From assembly GCA_041660065.1 (NCBI GenBank), contig JBAZXC010000001.1:200535-264534 (forward strand): a stretch of DNA of 64,000 nucleotides, given 5' to 3'. Positions 10,720-19,774 of this stretch are shown here, in pieces; the stretch's first letter is position 1, and each line of letters opens with the position of its first letter. Under the pieces are notes generated by a model. It searched no databases. It was not told the DNA's origin and saw nothing but the letters and a program-made list of their open reading frames with translations. The DNA comes from Parcubacteria group bacterium. Lineage in GTDB: Bacteria; Patescibacteriota; Minisyncoccia; Moranbacterales; GCA-2747515. The position numbers were made by a program, and so were the translations under genes.

Positions 10720-11583
10720 ATGGATCAAGTAAAAAATAAGAATATTTTTAGTAGCATAGGAAAAAATATCGTCAGGATTTTTGTTAAAGTTCTTTCTGAT
10801 TTTTTTGAGAAAAAAAGTAGAAGTGCGCTTCTTCTTGTTTTAGCATTTTTAATTTTTTGGAATCTAGGTTTTGTTGCCAGTCTGAACTGGATTGTATTTT
10901 TGGCCTTTCTTTTCTATGGATGGGAAAATAAAATTCTTGGCATCGGGGCTTTGATCTTTTTGAGTGTTTGTTTTACGCTTCTCTTTTTTCAACAAGATGC
11001 TTTTGCTGAAATCGCAGCTACGCAAGCATATTTTCTAATAGTCATGACCGTGGTTTTGCAAATAGTGGATTTTAAAAAAGAAAAAAAGATTGCATATCAG
11101 GAAGATGTGAATAGGGTAGAGGAGGTATTTAAAAGTTCTCATATAAAAAAAGAGGATGGGGAATGGGTTTTTGAAGGGGCTGTGGAGATACTGAGCGAAG
11201 AAGAAAAGCGTATGAAAAGAAAGAAAATGATGTATATATTACTCATATCTTTTCTATTTCTTGAGATTGCGGTGGTGTTTTTCAATTGGTCATTGATAGT
11301 GATTGTTTTTTGGATCATATGTGCTATAGCTGTAATTTTTCCAAAAAACGTAATAAAGTTTTTATTTTCCACAAGTATCTTTTTCTGTATTTTGGCTGTC
11401 ATCTCTATTATTTTTTCGCAAAAAGATTTGGCCACGGCATCGTATTTTGGGATACTTTTTGTTTTTGCATTTATCGCTGTGATTGTGAGTTTGCGGGTCT
11501 TTGGGAGGAAAGCGCCAAATTCTCCGAGAAAATGGGTGAGAAGTTTTTCGTACTTGCATAAAAATAAGAAATCAGATGAATAA
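10720..11583 (+). CDS. Hypothetical integral membrane protein
   Basis: Multiple hydrophobic helices and a K/E-rich loop. No motifs recognised. Part of the same co-directional low-GC cluster. Confidence 0.4.
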   Translation: MDQVKNKNIFSSIGKNIVRIFVKVLSDFFEKKSRSALLLVLAFLIFWNLGFVASLNWIVFLAFLFYGWENKILGIGALIFLSVCFTLLFFQQDAFAEIAATQAYFLIVMTVVLQIVDFKKEKKIAYQEDVNRVEEVFKSSHIKKEDGEWVFEGAVEILSEEEKRMKRKKMMYILLISFLFLEIAVVFFNWSLIVIVFWIICAIAVIFPKNVIKFLFSTSIFFCILAVISIIFSQKDLATASYFGILFVFAFIAVIVSLRVFGRKAPNSPRKWVRSFSYLHKNKKSDE

Positions 11584-13201
11584 TTTTTTCAAAAAGTATT
11601 ATTGGGTCGTATTTTCTGTTATTGCGATCATCCTGATCTATCCATCGTTTACGCGCGGATATATTTTTGCATTGGATTGGACGATCCGACCATTCATCGC
11701 ATGGTCGGATATTGTCTGGTCCAAACCGTTGGGGTGGAGTATTTGTGATATTTTGGCGATTGTCATGACATTTGAGGTGTTTCAGAGAGTATTACTTTTT
11801 GCAATGATCACATTGACCGGTGTTGCGGGATTTCGTCTGGCAAAAAACACGCGCAATATCTTCGCACAATATTTTGCCGGACTATTTTTGATCTTCAATC
11901 CGTTCTTTTATGCGCGCATGCTGGAACAGACGATGTTGATCGGGGCGGGGATTGTCTCTTTTTTCTGGTTTTGGGCATGGTTCAAAGAATCGATAGAAGA
12001 GGGTAATGACGTGAAAAAATTGATCTATTCTGCTTTGGCGGGGGCGCTGGCTATTTCGTTTTTCGCACATAGCATCTTTTTCGTTGCGAGCGTGTTTGTG
12101 GTGTTGAGCATAGTGGCATATGCCCGAAAGAAGGATTGGAAAAGGATCATCACGATGACGGTGATGTTTTGGACGATCGTTTTTGCTGTGAATGGCAACT
12201 GGATCTTTGCCTCTTTTGCAGAGGGTGACACATGGGCGAGCAAGGTGGTCAATTTCACGCAGGATGATGTGGAAGCGTTCAAGACGCGGAAGATCGGGGG
12301 TTATTCTGTCTATATGACGGTCTTATCTCTCCAGGGGTATTGGGGTGAGTATCAGGATCGTTTTGTCTCTGTGCAGGATAATATGCTATGGTTTCCTGCG
12401 TTTGTTTGTATTATTTTTTTGGTCTTTTTTGGCCTGGTGCGACTATGGCGCAAAAGTATTTTTGTGAAACCTTTCGTGTTTCTTTTTCTGCTTGCTTTTG
12501 TGTTGGCAATTGGGGTGGCGTCACCGCTAGTCAAACCGTGGGTGTTATGGCTGTATCAGCATGTGCCATTTTATATCGGATTGCGTGAGCCGCAAAAATG
12601 GGTTGTGATCATGGTTGTGGTATATGCATTTTTGGGCGCGTGGGGCATAAAATACATTCTCGATATAGATAAAGTAAAAAAATATCGATGGGGCGTTGGT
12701 GTGTTGTGTGCCATTTTGCCGGTCATTTTTTCTTTTTCTGTGATCCGAGGGATGCATGAATATTTTACACCGCATGATTTCCCTTTGGCGTGGCAGTCGG
12801 CGAGAGTGTATCTGCAATCGCAACAGAGCGATGGTAAAATATTGTTTTTGCCGTGGCATTCATATATGAAGTTTGATTTCGCCGGAAAAAATATCACCAA
12901 TCCCGCCAAGGCGTATTTTGGCAAAAATGTGATCAGTGGCAACAATGTGGAGTTTGGTGGCGTATATTCCAATTTTACCGATGCACAAACGCAGACGATC
13001 CAGCGATATGTTTTGGGTGCGGGGGAGGGTGCTGATTTTCATGGTGATATGGTTTCTCTGGGCATCGAAACCATCATAGTGGCAAAAGTGGAGGATTGGC
13101 AAACATATGTATGGATGGGTGATGCCATCGGTGTGCAAAAAGTCATGGAAAACGATGCACTGATCATCTATCGTGTGGATACGGGAGCTAAATCGGAATA
13201 A
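11576..13201 (+). CDS. Polytopic membrane protein (541 aa), possible GT-C-like glycosyltransferase
   Basis: About 11 transmembrane helices with an early loop 'FALDWTIRPFIAWSD' (possible acidic DxD-like loop motif) and a C-terminal soluble region. Co-oriented with the glycan cluster. Confidence 0.4.
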   Translation: MNNFFKKYYWVVFSVIAIILIYPSFTRGYIFALDWTIRPFIAWSDIVWSKPLGWSICDILAIVMTFEVFQRVLLFAMITLTGVAGFRLAKNTRNIFAQYFAGLFLIFNPFFYARMLEQTMLIGAGIVSFFWFWAWFKESIEEGNDVKKLIYSALAGALAISFFAHSIFFVASVFVVLSIVAYARKKDWKRIITMTVMFWTIVFAVNGNWIFASFAEGDTWASKVVNFTQDDVEAFKTRKIGGYSVYMTVLSLQGYWGEYQDRFVSVQDNMLWFPAFVCIIFLVFFGLVRLWRKSIFVKPFVFLFLLAFVLAIGVASPLVKPWVLWLYQHVPFYIGLREPQKWVVIMVVVYAFLGAWGIKYILDIDKVKKYRWGVGVLCAILPVIFSFSVIRGMHEYFTPHDFPLAWQSARVYLQSQQSDGKILFLPWHSYMKFDFAGKNITNPAKAYFGKNVISGNNVEFGGVYSNFTDAQTQTIQRYVLGAGEGADFHGDMVSLGIETIIVAKVEDWQTYVWMGDAIGVQKVMENDALIIYRVDTGAKSE

Positions 13202-13296
13202 ATGCCTTAAATACAAGCTTTTTTGGCGGTTTTTAGCCTCTTTCAACTGATGTCGGCAGGAGCATGATCGAGGGGTTATTTCCACGGGGTAGGCAC

Positions 13297-13325
13297 TTGA
13301 CAGATTATGCAATGGGTGCTACAAT
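13297..13325 (+). promoter_or_regulatory. Sigma70-type promoter (TTGACA-17-TACAAT with TGc extension)
   Basis: cacTTGACAgattatgcaatgggTGcTACAATagc seen directly, with 17-bp spacing. It precedes the 13394 ORF. Confidence 0.6.
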
Positions 13326-13393
13326 AGCATTAGCTTTAAGAAGGTGTCCTAATAAGGTCATTATTATTGTTATTAATTAAAGAAGATAATTTT

Positions 13394-13756
13394 ATGAAAA
13401 AGTATATCGTCATTTCTTTAATCAGCATTTTCGGCCTATCGGCAATCGTGCCGGCTGTTTCTGCCAATTATGGAGAGGATAATAGTTTACTCGGGTATGT
13501 CAAAGAATACCAAACTTTAGTTCCTTTAGCGCATGCTAAAGTGAAGCTTTACAAAAAAAGTGGAAAGTTAAAGGATTCTGACAAGACGAATTTACGCGGT
13601 AAATACCATTTTTCTGATCTCACAGAAGGAACGTATAAAGTAAAAGTACGAGTGGAAGGATATAGAAATCCAAAGGATATCCGAAAAGATACCGTCTCCA
13701 AAACTATAAAGGTGGACGGAAAGGATCGACAGAATTTATATCTTCAAAAAATGTAA
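13394..13756 (+). CDS. Small secreted protein with a carboxypeptidase-regulatory-like (CarbopepD_reg) beta-sandwich domain
   Basis: Signal peptide MKKYIVISLISIFGLSAIVPAVSA. 'GKYHFSDLTEGTYKVKVRVEGY' matches the CarboxypepD_reg/Cna-B-type fold signature. The track ORF starts at 13367; the ATG at 13394 was preferred because it precedes the signal peptide. Confidence 0.55.
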   Translation: MKKYIVISLISIFGLSAIVPAVSANYGEDNSLLGYVKEYQTLVPLAHAKVKLYKKSGKLKDSDKTNLRGKYHFSDLTEGTYKVKVRVEGYRNPKDIRKDTVSKTIKVDGKDRQNLYLQKM

Positions 13757-13841
13757 TTCATTCGAATTTTGAAAAAAGTGTCTCACTTAGGTTAGACACT
13801 TTTTGTTTTACTTGGGAGTAAAAAAGTTTTATAATACATAC

Positions 13842-14639
13842 ATGCGTAATTTCAAAAAAAAATATCTCCAAGACAAATACATCTTTATTTTTTTGGGAGC
13901 GGCGATCATTGCCGTGGGAACTTTTGGTTTTCGAGATCATCTCTATAAGTTGGGACAGACGGAGGATACGGTTGATACATTTGAGGACACGATGCCGGCA
14001 CAATGTGAAAATGGCGATTGGATCGAATTTCCCGACATGACCGGTGCCAATCAGTATGAAAAATTTCTCGGTAAAGAGAAATTGTCCTATGACGAGGCAC
14101 ATAGCACACTCACAAGTGAGGATGGTACAAAAAACTTTATTACCGATGAGCGATACTCGCTATTCTTTTTTGTGGGTAGAAATGTGCAAATCGATGGGTA
14201 TAAGTTGAAAAACGGTGAGATCTATGCAAAGAAGGTAAAGTGTATCGGTGCAGAATCTGACAAGAATGCCCTCTACACAAGAAGGAAACTCATGAGCTAT
14301 ATCAAGGAGAATATCAATTCACTGGCTTTGGAACAAGCACCACACGACGTGTGGCAGGTGGAAAATTTTTACTTTGTCAATGATGCGGACCTTTATGTGG
14401 AGTATGAGACAGAGGGTTCATTTATGGAGGAGGCACCCTATGATGCACATCTGTGGCTCATTCGTGTGTCTGAATGGAGCGGGGACATCCCTGTCATCAA
14501 GACATTGGCATACATCCAGGAAGATCCGGATGATTTTGACAAAAACATCGTGAAGCAAGGGGAGGACATATACAAAAACACAAAGAATATGACAATTTAC
14601 GAATTTGACGATGAGATGAATCAGTGGGTTTTGCAATAG
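13842..14639 (+). CDS. Hypothetical protein with N-terminal membrane anchor
   Basis: ORF with transmembrane segment 'IFIFLGAAIIAVGTF'. No motif recognised. A TATAAT lies 7 nt upstream of the ATG at 13842, suggesting a near-leaderless start. Confidence 0.4.
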   Translation: MRNFKKKYLQDKYIFIFLGAAIIAVGTFGFRDHLYKLGQTEDTVDTFEDTMPAQCENGDWIEFPDMTGANQYEKFLGKEKLSYDEAHSTLTSEDGTKNFITDERYSLFFFVGRNVQIDGYKLKNGEIYAKKVKCIGAESDKNALYTRRKLMSYIKENINSLALEQAPHDVWQVENFYFVNDADLYVEYETEGSFMEEAPYDAHLWLIRVSEWSGDIPVIKTLAYIQEDPDDFDKNIVKQGEDIYKNTKNMTIYEFDDEMNQWVLQ

Positions 14640-14657
14640 ACGTTAATAGAAATATTC

Positions 14658-15935
14658 ATGAGTTGGATCAGCGAGAGCAAAAAAATAATCAAGAGCGGAT
14701 CTGTATTTTTTGTTAGTAGTGTCGTGGTCAGTGTTTTGGCGTATGGATTTCATCTCTTTGCCGCGAGGATTTTGGAAGTTGCCGATTATGGGTCATTGCA
14801 GACATTGATCTCGTTGCAAAATATCGCTCTTATCCCGATCACGATACTGATCGCGCTTTTGACCAGGACCATGGCAGAATACAAGCATGATCATGCCGAA
14901 GAAAAAAGTCTTATCTTGCGAATGGAACTACGGAATTTGTTTTTATTTCCGGGTGTCTTGATCTTGCCAATCCTTTTTTTGATCACGCCTTTTTTGAAAT
15001 CATTTTTTCACATCGATTCCACGATCGCCTTTGTCCTTTTGTGGATCACTCTGTATCTCACGATCTTTCAGGGTATTGATGGTAGCCTCCTCAATGGGTG
15101 GCATAAATTTTTTGAGTCAAATGTGAGCACAGTGACAAACGGGGTGTCAAAATTTGTTTTGGGTTTGTCTCTGATGGCTTTGGGACTGGGCATCGTCGGT
15201 GGATTTTTGGGGATCACTATTGGTTTTGCGCTTGGCACATTGATCAATATGTATTTTGTCTCTTCCAAATTTTCTCGTGCAAAAAGTATAGGAAAAAATA
15301 ATGTGAAAATCTTGCCCATGGATAAAAAGGGTATGATAAAAGCATTTACATATTCTTATCCTGTGATCATGGGGATCATTGCCATTGCTATTTTTTCTAA
15401 TGTAGATACACTGATCGCCAAACATCATTTTAGTGCTATAGATGCAGGAAGATACGGCGGACTTTTTGTCCTTTCAAAGATCATTTTTTTTGCTGTGAGC
15501 AGTCTTTCTGCCATTGTCGTTCCTCTGCTGACGGCAGAAAAGGATGTCAAGAAGAAGAATCGTTATTTTTTATTGATCATGGTCGCAAATCTGTTGATCG
15601 CCGGTGTGAGTGTGCTCATTTTTTACATATTTCCGGAGATCGTCATCGGTTTATTGTTCGGTCATGAATATTTGGATATTGCTCCGTATCTGGCTAAATT
15701 TGGGCTACTGGCACTTTTTTTGAGCACGCTCAATATCTTTGTCCAGTATTTTATTTCTTTGAAGTACAAAGGTATTCTGGTGGTCATAACGATCATTTCT
15801 TTAGGAGAAATCATATTCCTTTGGTTTTTTGGAACAAATTTTATCCAGTTCTTTTTTATCATCCTCATCTCTCTTGGAATCGCCAATGTCATAAGTTGCG
15901 GATATTTTTGGAAAAGATCGATCAGTATGGCGTAA
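14658..15935 (+). CDS. Polysaccharide/oligosaccharide flippase (Wzx/MOP superfamily-like)
   Basis: 425 aa with about 12-14 transmembrane helices and short loops, typical of Polysacc_synt/Wzx proteins. It is located at the end of the glycosyltransferase cluster. Confidence 0.55.
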   Translation: MSWISESKKIIKSGSVFFVSSVVVSVLAYGFHLFAARILEVADYGSLQTLISLQNIALIPITILIALLTRTMAEYKHDHAEEKSLILRMELRNLFLFPGVLILPILFLITPFLKSFFHIDSTIAFVLLWITLYLTIFQGIDGSLLNGWHKFFESNVSTVTNGVSKFVLGLSLMALGLGIVGGFLGITIGFALGTLINMYFVSSKFSRAKSIGKNNVKILPMDKKGMIKAFTYSYPVIMGIIAIAIFSNVDTLIAKHHFSAIDAGRYGGLFVLSKIIFFAVSSLSAIVVPLLTAEKDVKKKNRYFLLIMVANLLIAGVSVLIFYIFPEIVIGLLFGHEYLDIAPYLAKFGLLALFLSTLNIFVQYFISLKYKGILVVITIISLGEIIFLWFFGTNFIQFFFIILISLGIANVISCGYFWKRSISMA

Positions 15936-15946
15936 GAGAATGGCGG

Positions 15947-15975
15947 TTGACATCAGAGCGATATTTCCGTATAAT
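15947..15975 (+). promoter_or_regulatory. Sigma70-type promoter (TTGACA-17-TATAAT)
   Basis: ggTTGACAtcagagcgatatttccgTATAATgaa seen directly. It lies upstream of the 16035 ORF. Confidence 0.6.
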
Positions 15976-16034
15976 GAAATGTTGTTTTTTGATAATCATA
16001 AAATATCGGATCATATCATTTATGAGGGGAGAAC

Positions 16035-16664
16035 ATGATGAAACTTTTTGGGAATAGAGTATCTGTTTCAAAAGAAGAAATCGAGGATCGGCGGATGTAT
16101 TTGATCGATGAGTTGGGGATATCGCCGGGAAGCGTGCGCTATTTGGAAAAATATGCGCCGACCTTGTGTGATCTCGTCACTGTGCAAAAACGATATGATC
16201 ATTTGGTGCGCTTGGGGTTTGCTGATCCGTGTGCATTCATAAACAACAACCCGTTCATTATTATGCGATCATGTGAGAATGTGGCAGAAAAGTTTCATTT
16301 GTGGAAAGATGCCATCGCGCAATTTGATCCACATGTTGATATCTATCAACTACTTGATGAACGCTTACAGATCCTAAGTGCTTCATCACGAAAGGCGCGT
16401 GTGATCTTCTTGCTCGCAAAACATCTTGCACGTGATGTGAATGCCGATCGTCTGTGCAATATTGTGACACTGAATCTCGAAGACGTCTTGCTCGCGTATA
16501 TCAACTATACGTGTCAAAACTTTTTTGATCTCTGTGTCAAAGCACGTAAAATGCGCAAAGAGATGAAAGGGAAACCCGTTCATTTCAAACGTGGCATGGT
16601 GATGTATATGCGCAAAAAACTTCCACCCGATGTGGAAAGTGCGTATAGAGAATCATTAGAATGA
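16035..16664 (+). CDS. Hypothetical cytoplasmic protein
   Basis: 209-aa ORF with good coding periodicity, bracketed by a consensus promoter and a 13-bp perfect-stem terminator. No recognisable motifs. Confidence 0.5.
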   Translation: MMKLFGNRVSVSKEEIEDRRMYLIDELGISPGSVRYLEKYAPTLCDLVTVQKRYDHLVRLGFADPCAFINNNPFIIMRSCENVAEKFHLWKDAIAQFDPHVDIYQLLDERLQILSASSRKARVIFLLAKHLARDVNADRLCNIVTLNLEDVLLAYINYTCQNFFDLCVKARKMRKEMKGKPVHFKRGMVMYMRKKLPPDVESAYRESLE

Positions 16665-16671
16665 TAGGGCC

Positions 16672-16706
16672 AAACCGTTGACATGTGTTCATGTCAACGG
16701 TTTTTC
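16672..16706 (+). terminator. Rho-independent terminator (perfect 13-bp stem)
   Basis: aaccgttgacatg-tgtt-catgtcaacggtt followed by a T-run. Confidence 0.65.
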
Positions 16707-16735
16707 TTTGACGAAGACGGTAAATTTTGATAGAA
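16707..16735 (+). promoter_or_regulatory. Sigma70-type promoter for secA (TTGACG-17-TAGAAT)
   Basis: Seen directly. 17-bp spacing with TGa at -14. Confidence 0.5.
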
Positions 16736-16789
16736 TTGATGCGTGTTTATTTTGCTGTATGTATGCAGGAAATGAATGGTTATTTTATT

Positions 16790-19453
16790 ATGCAAAAAAA
16801 GAATATGACACTTTTCCAGAAACTATTTGGTTCAAACGAAAAACAATTAAAGAAATTGCAACCGATCATTGATCGGATCAATGCAATGGAGGAAGCGACA
16901 AAAAATTTGTCCGATGAGGGCATTAAAGCCAAAACTGCCGAATTAAAAGCACAATTACGGGATGGAAAAACCTGTGATGACATTTTGCCGGAGGCTTTTG
17001 CGCTTGTGCGCGAGGCATCATATCGCGCGATCGGACAGCGACATTATGATGTACAGCTCTTGGGTGGCATCATCCTTCATGAAGGCAAAATCGCAGAGAT
17101 GAAAACCGGTGAAGGAAAGACTCTCACATCGACATTGCCGATCTATCTCAATGCATTGGAAGGCAAGGGTGTGCATGTAGTGACGGTCAATGATTATCTG
17201 GCAAAACGTGACTGTAATTGGATGGGCGCAGTCTATGAAAAGCTGGGTTTGCAAGCGGCGTGCATCACACATGACGGCGGTTTTTTGTATTATGCAAAAA
17301 CCATTGACACAAATGAAGTGGATATTGAAGTGGAAAATTTGACCGCTGTGTCAAAAAAGGAAGCCTATGACGCGGATATTACATATGGAACGAATAACGA
17401 ATTCGGTTTTGATTATTTGCGCGACAATATGGCGCAGTCCAAAGAGCAATTATCACAGCGTGGACATCATTACGCGATCGTCGATGAGGTGGACTCGATC
17501 CTTATCGATGAAGCGCGTACGCCGCTTATCATCTCGGCACCGGACGCGGAATCAACCAAATTATATGAACAATTTGCCTCTTTCGTCCCACAATTGGTGC
17601 GCGATACGGATTATACGGTGGATGAGAAGTTGCGATCTGTCGCGATCACAGATGCGGGCATCGAAAAAGTGGAGAAGACACTCGGTATCGGCAACATCTA
17701 TGAACAAGGCAAGATCCAATATGTGCATCATTTGGAGCAGTCGCTCAAAGCGGAAACACTTTTTACGCGAGACAAAGATTATATGGTGCGCGATGGCGAG
17801 GTGGTGATCATCGATGAATTTACGGGACGTGCACAAGAGGGACGCCGGTACAGCGATGGATTGCATCAAGCGATCGAAGCAAAGGAACATGTCGAGGTGC
17901 AAAGAGAATCGCGTACACTTGCGACGATCACGTTTCAAAATTATTTCCGTATGTACAAAAAGTTAGCCGGTATGACGGGTACGGCAAATACAAGCGCGGA
18001 GGAATTTCAAAAAGTATACAAACTCGATGTGATCGAGATCCCTACAAACAAAAAAATGATCCGTACGGATCTGCCGGATGTTGTGTACAAAAATGAACGG
18101 GGCAAATTTAACGCGATCGTTGCCAAGATCAAAGAACTCAACGAAAACGGACAACCGGTTCTCGTGGGCACGGTGGCGATCGAAAAATCCGAAGCATTGA
18201 GTCGCGCACTGGAAAAAGCACGTATCTCACACAGTGTGCTCAATGCCAAATTTCATGAAAAAGAAGCCCAGATCATCGCCGATGCGGGACAGAGAGGATC
18301 GGTGACAATTGCAACCAATATGGCGGGACGCGGCACGGATATCAAACTCGGTGACGGTGTGGCGGATCTTGGCGGATTGTATATTATCGGTACGGAACGA
18401 CACGAAGCGCGACGCATCGACAATCAGTTGCGCGGACGCTCCGGTCGCCAAGGAGATGCAGGGACAACACAATTTTACATTTCTCTGGATGATGAATTGA
18501 TGCGACGGTTTGGCGGAGATAAGCTCAAAAGTATCATGGAGAAACTCGGTTTGCCGGAAGATCAACCAATTCAAAACGGCATGATCTCCAAACAGATCGA
18601 GGGAGCACAATCCAAGATCGAGGGATTTAACTTTGATATCCGCAAACACGTATTGGATTATGATAACGTCGTCAACAAACAACGTGAGATCGTTTATGAG
18701 AAACGTCGCAGTACGCTTGAAAGTGCTGATGTAAAGACGCAGATCATGGATCTCTTGCATGAAGAGATCGAAAAGGTGATCAGTATCCATACGACAGGAG
18801 AGCGTTATGCGTGGGAAGTGGAGAATATACGCAAGGATATCGTGGGAATGTTTCCTGTGAATGATGATGGGATCAAAAAAGCGGAAAATATCATCAAGGA
18901 TCACAGCAAGGATGATCGTGAAACAGTGAGTGCGGTCATTGAGCATTTTTTTGCGCTGGCAAAAAACGCATACGGCATGAAAGAAAAGGAAAATGGTGAT
19001 GTAGCAATGCGTGCAATCGAACGATCGATCCTCTTGCGCACGATCGATCAGCATTGGATGAATCATTTGGATGCGATCGATCATTTGAGGCAGGGCATCG
19101 GTCTGCGCGGATATGGACAGCAGGATCCTCTTATCGAATACAAGCGCGAGGCGTTTGATATGTTTTCACAACTTATGGCAAATATTCGCAATACAGTATT
19201 GCATACGATCTTTCGTGCAGTCATTGTGCGTCCGGAAGACAGTGCAATGGCACAAATGGCACAGAGCATGGAGTTTGCCGGTGCAGAAAGCAATCCGGCA
19301 CAATTTGCCGCAGCCGCCGCCCAAGAGGAGAAGAAATTATTGTCCAGTATGCCAAAGATCGAAAAACCGGCACAGAGCGCACATACTGTCGGACGCAATG
19401 ATGATTGCCCATGTGGCAGTGGCAAAAAATATAAGAAATGTCACGGGAAATAA
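16790..19453 (+). CDS. secA: Preprotein translocase ATPase SecA
   Basis: 'MKTGEGKTLTSTLPIYLNAL' (Walker A), 'IVDEVDSILIDEARTPLIIS' (DEAD-like), 'NMAGRGTDIKLGGN', and C-terminal 'CPCGSGKKYKKCHGK' zinc-binding tail. The true start is probably M at 16790 (MQKKNMTLFQKLFG) or 16805; the track ORF begins at 16727. Confidence 0.95.
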   Translation: MQKKNMTLFQKLFGSNEKQLKKLQPIIDRINAMEEATKNLSDEGIKAKTAELKAQLRDGKTCDDILPEAFALVREASYRAIGQRHYDVQLLGGIILHEGKIAEMKTGEGKTLTSTLPIYLNALEGKGVHVVTVNDYLAKRDCNWMGAVYEKLGLQAACITHDGGFLYYAKTIDTNEVDIEVENLTAVSKKEAYDADITYGTNNEFGFDYLRDNMAQSKEQLSQRGHHYAIVDEVDSILIDEARTPLIISAPDAESTKLYEQFASFVPQLVRDTDYTVDEKLRSVAITDAGIEKVEKTLGIGNIYEQGKIQYVHHLEQSLKAETLFTRDKDYMVRDGEVVIIDEFTGRAQEGRRYSDGLHQAIEAKEHVEVQRESRTLATITFQNYFRMYKKLAGMTGTANTSAEEFQKVYKLDVIEIPTNKKMIRTDLPDVVYKNERGKFNAIVAKIKELNENGQPVLVGTVAIEKSEALSRALEKARISHSVLNAKFHEKEAQIIADAGQRGSVTIATNMAGRGTDIKLGDGVADLGGLYIIGTERHEARRIDNQLRGRSGRQGDAGTTQFYISLDDELMRRFGGDKLKSIMEKLGLPEDQPIQNGMISKQIEGAQSKIEGFNFDIRKHVLDYDNVVNKQREIVYEKRRSTLESADVKTQIMDLLHEEIEKVISIHTTGERYAWEVENIRKDIVGMFPVNDDGIKKAENIIKDHSKDDRETVSAVIEHFFALAKNAYGMKEKENGDVAMRAIERSILLRTIDQHWMNHLDAIDHLRQGIGLRGYGQQDPLIEYKREAFDMFSQLMANIRNTVLHTIFRAVIVRPEDSAMAQMAQSMEFAGAESNPAQFAAAAAQEEKKLLSSMPKIEKPAQSAHTVGRNDDCPCGSGKKYKKCHGK

Positions 19454-19475
19454 AATACCCGTCAATCTAAATATA

Positions 19476-19503
19476 CCCCCTCTCCCCTCAAGGGGAGAGG
19501 GGG
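19476..19503 (+). terminator. Hairpin/terminator-like perfect inverted repeat after secA
   Basis: CCCCCTCTCCCCT-caa-AGGGGAGAGGGGG: a 13-bp perfect stem, pure pyrimidine/purine arms, followed by ttatt. Confidence 0.5.
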
Positions 19504-19565
19504 TTATTAGAACATATCTAAACAAGAGGTCTTTTGGGTTTTTTCTATTGGCGAAAAACCCCTCT

Positions 19566-19655
19566 TGTCATTCCCGTGAAAATTTGCATTGTATGTGGAA
19601 TAGTTTTGGATTCCCGTCCCCCGATTTCTCGAGGACAAGCTTCACGGGAATGACA
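19566..19655. repeat. MITE-like element copy 1. 15-bp perfect terminal inverted repeats TGTCATTCCCGTGAA...TTCACGGGAATGACA.
   Basis: A near-identical 3' part (ggattcccgtYccccgatttctcgaggacaagcttcacgggaatgaca, 46/47) and identical TIRs recur at 24423-24532. Confidence 0.7.
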
Positions 19656-19671
19656 AATTGATAAAAGGAAG

Positions 19672-19700
19672 TTGACAGGAGACAAAATAAGTGCTATAAT
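19672..19700 (+). promoter_or_regulatory. Consensus sigma70 promoter (TTGACA-17-TATAAT, TGc extended -10) abutting repeat copy 1
   Basis: gTTGACAggagacaaaataagTGcTATAATg seen directly. Confidence 0.65.
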
Positions 19701-19774
19701 GAAATCCTGTTCTTAGAAAATAATGCCAAGTGTAAATTTGGTATAAATAACAAAAAACAAGGAGGAAAGTTGTG

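Noticed and set aside
8000-12000. Numerous antisense and alternate-frame ORFs from the six-frame track
   Set aside because: They lie within well-supported genes on the opposite strand or frame, have biased low-complexity composition, and lack RBSs. This is typical of the shadow ORFs that appear within genuine genes. Dozens of similar examples across the window were rejected for the same reason, for example 858-1129, 1068-1645, 18227-19084, 27600-28454 and 38791-39666.
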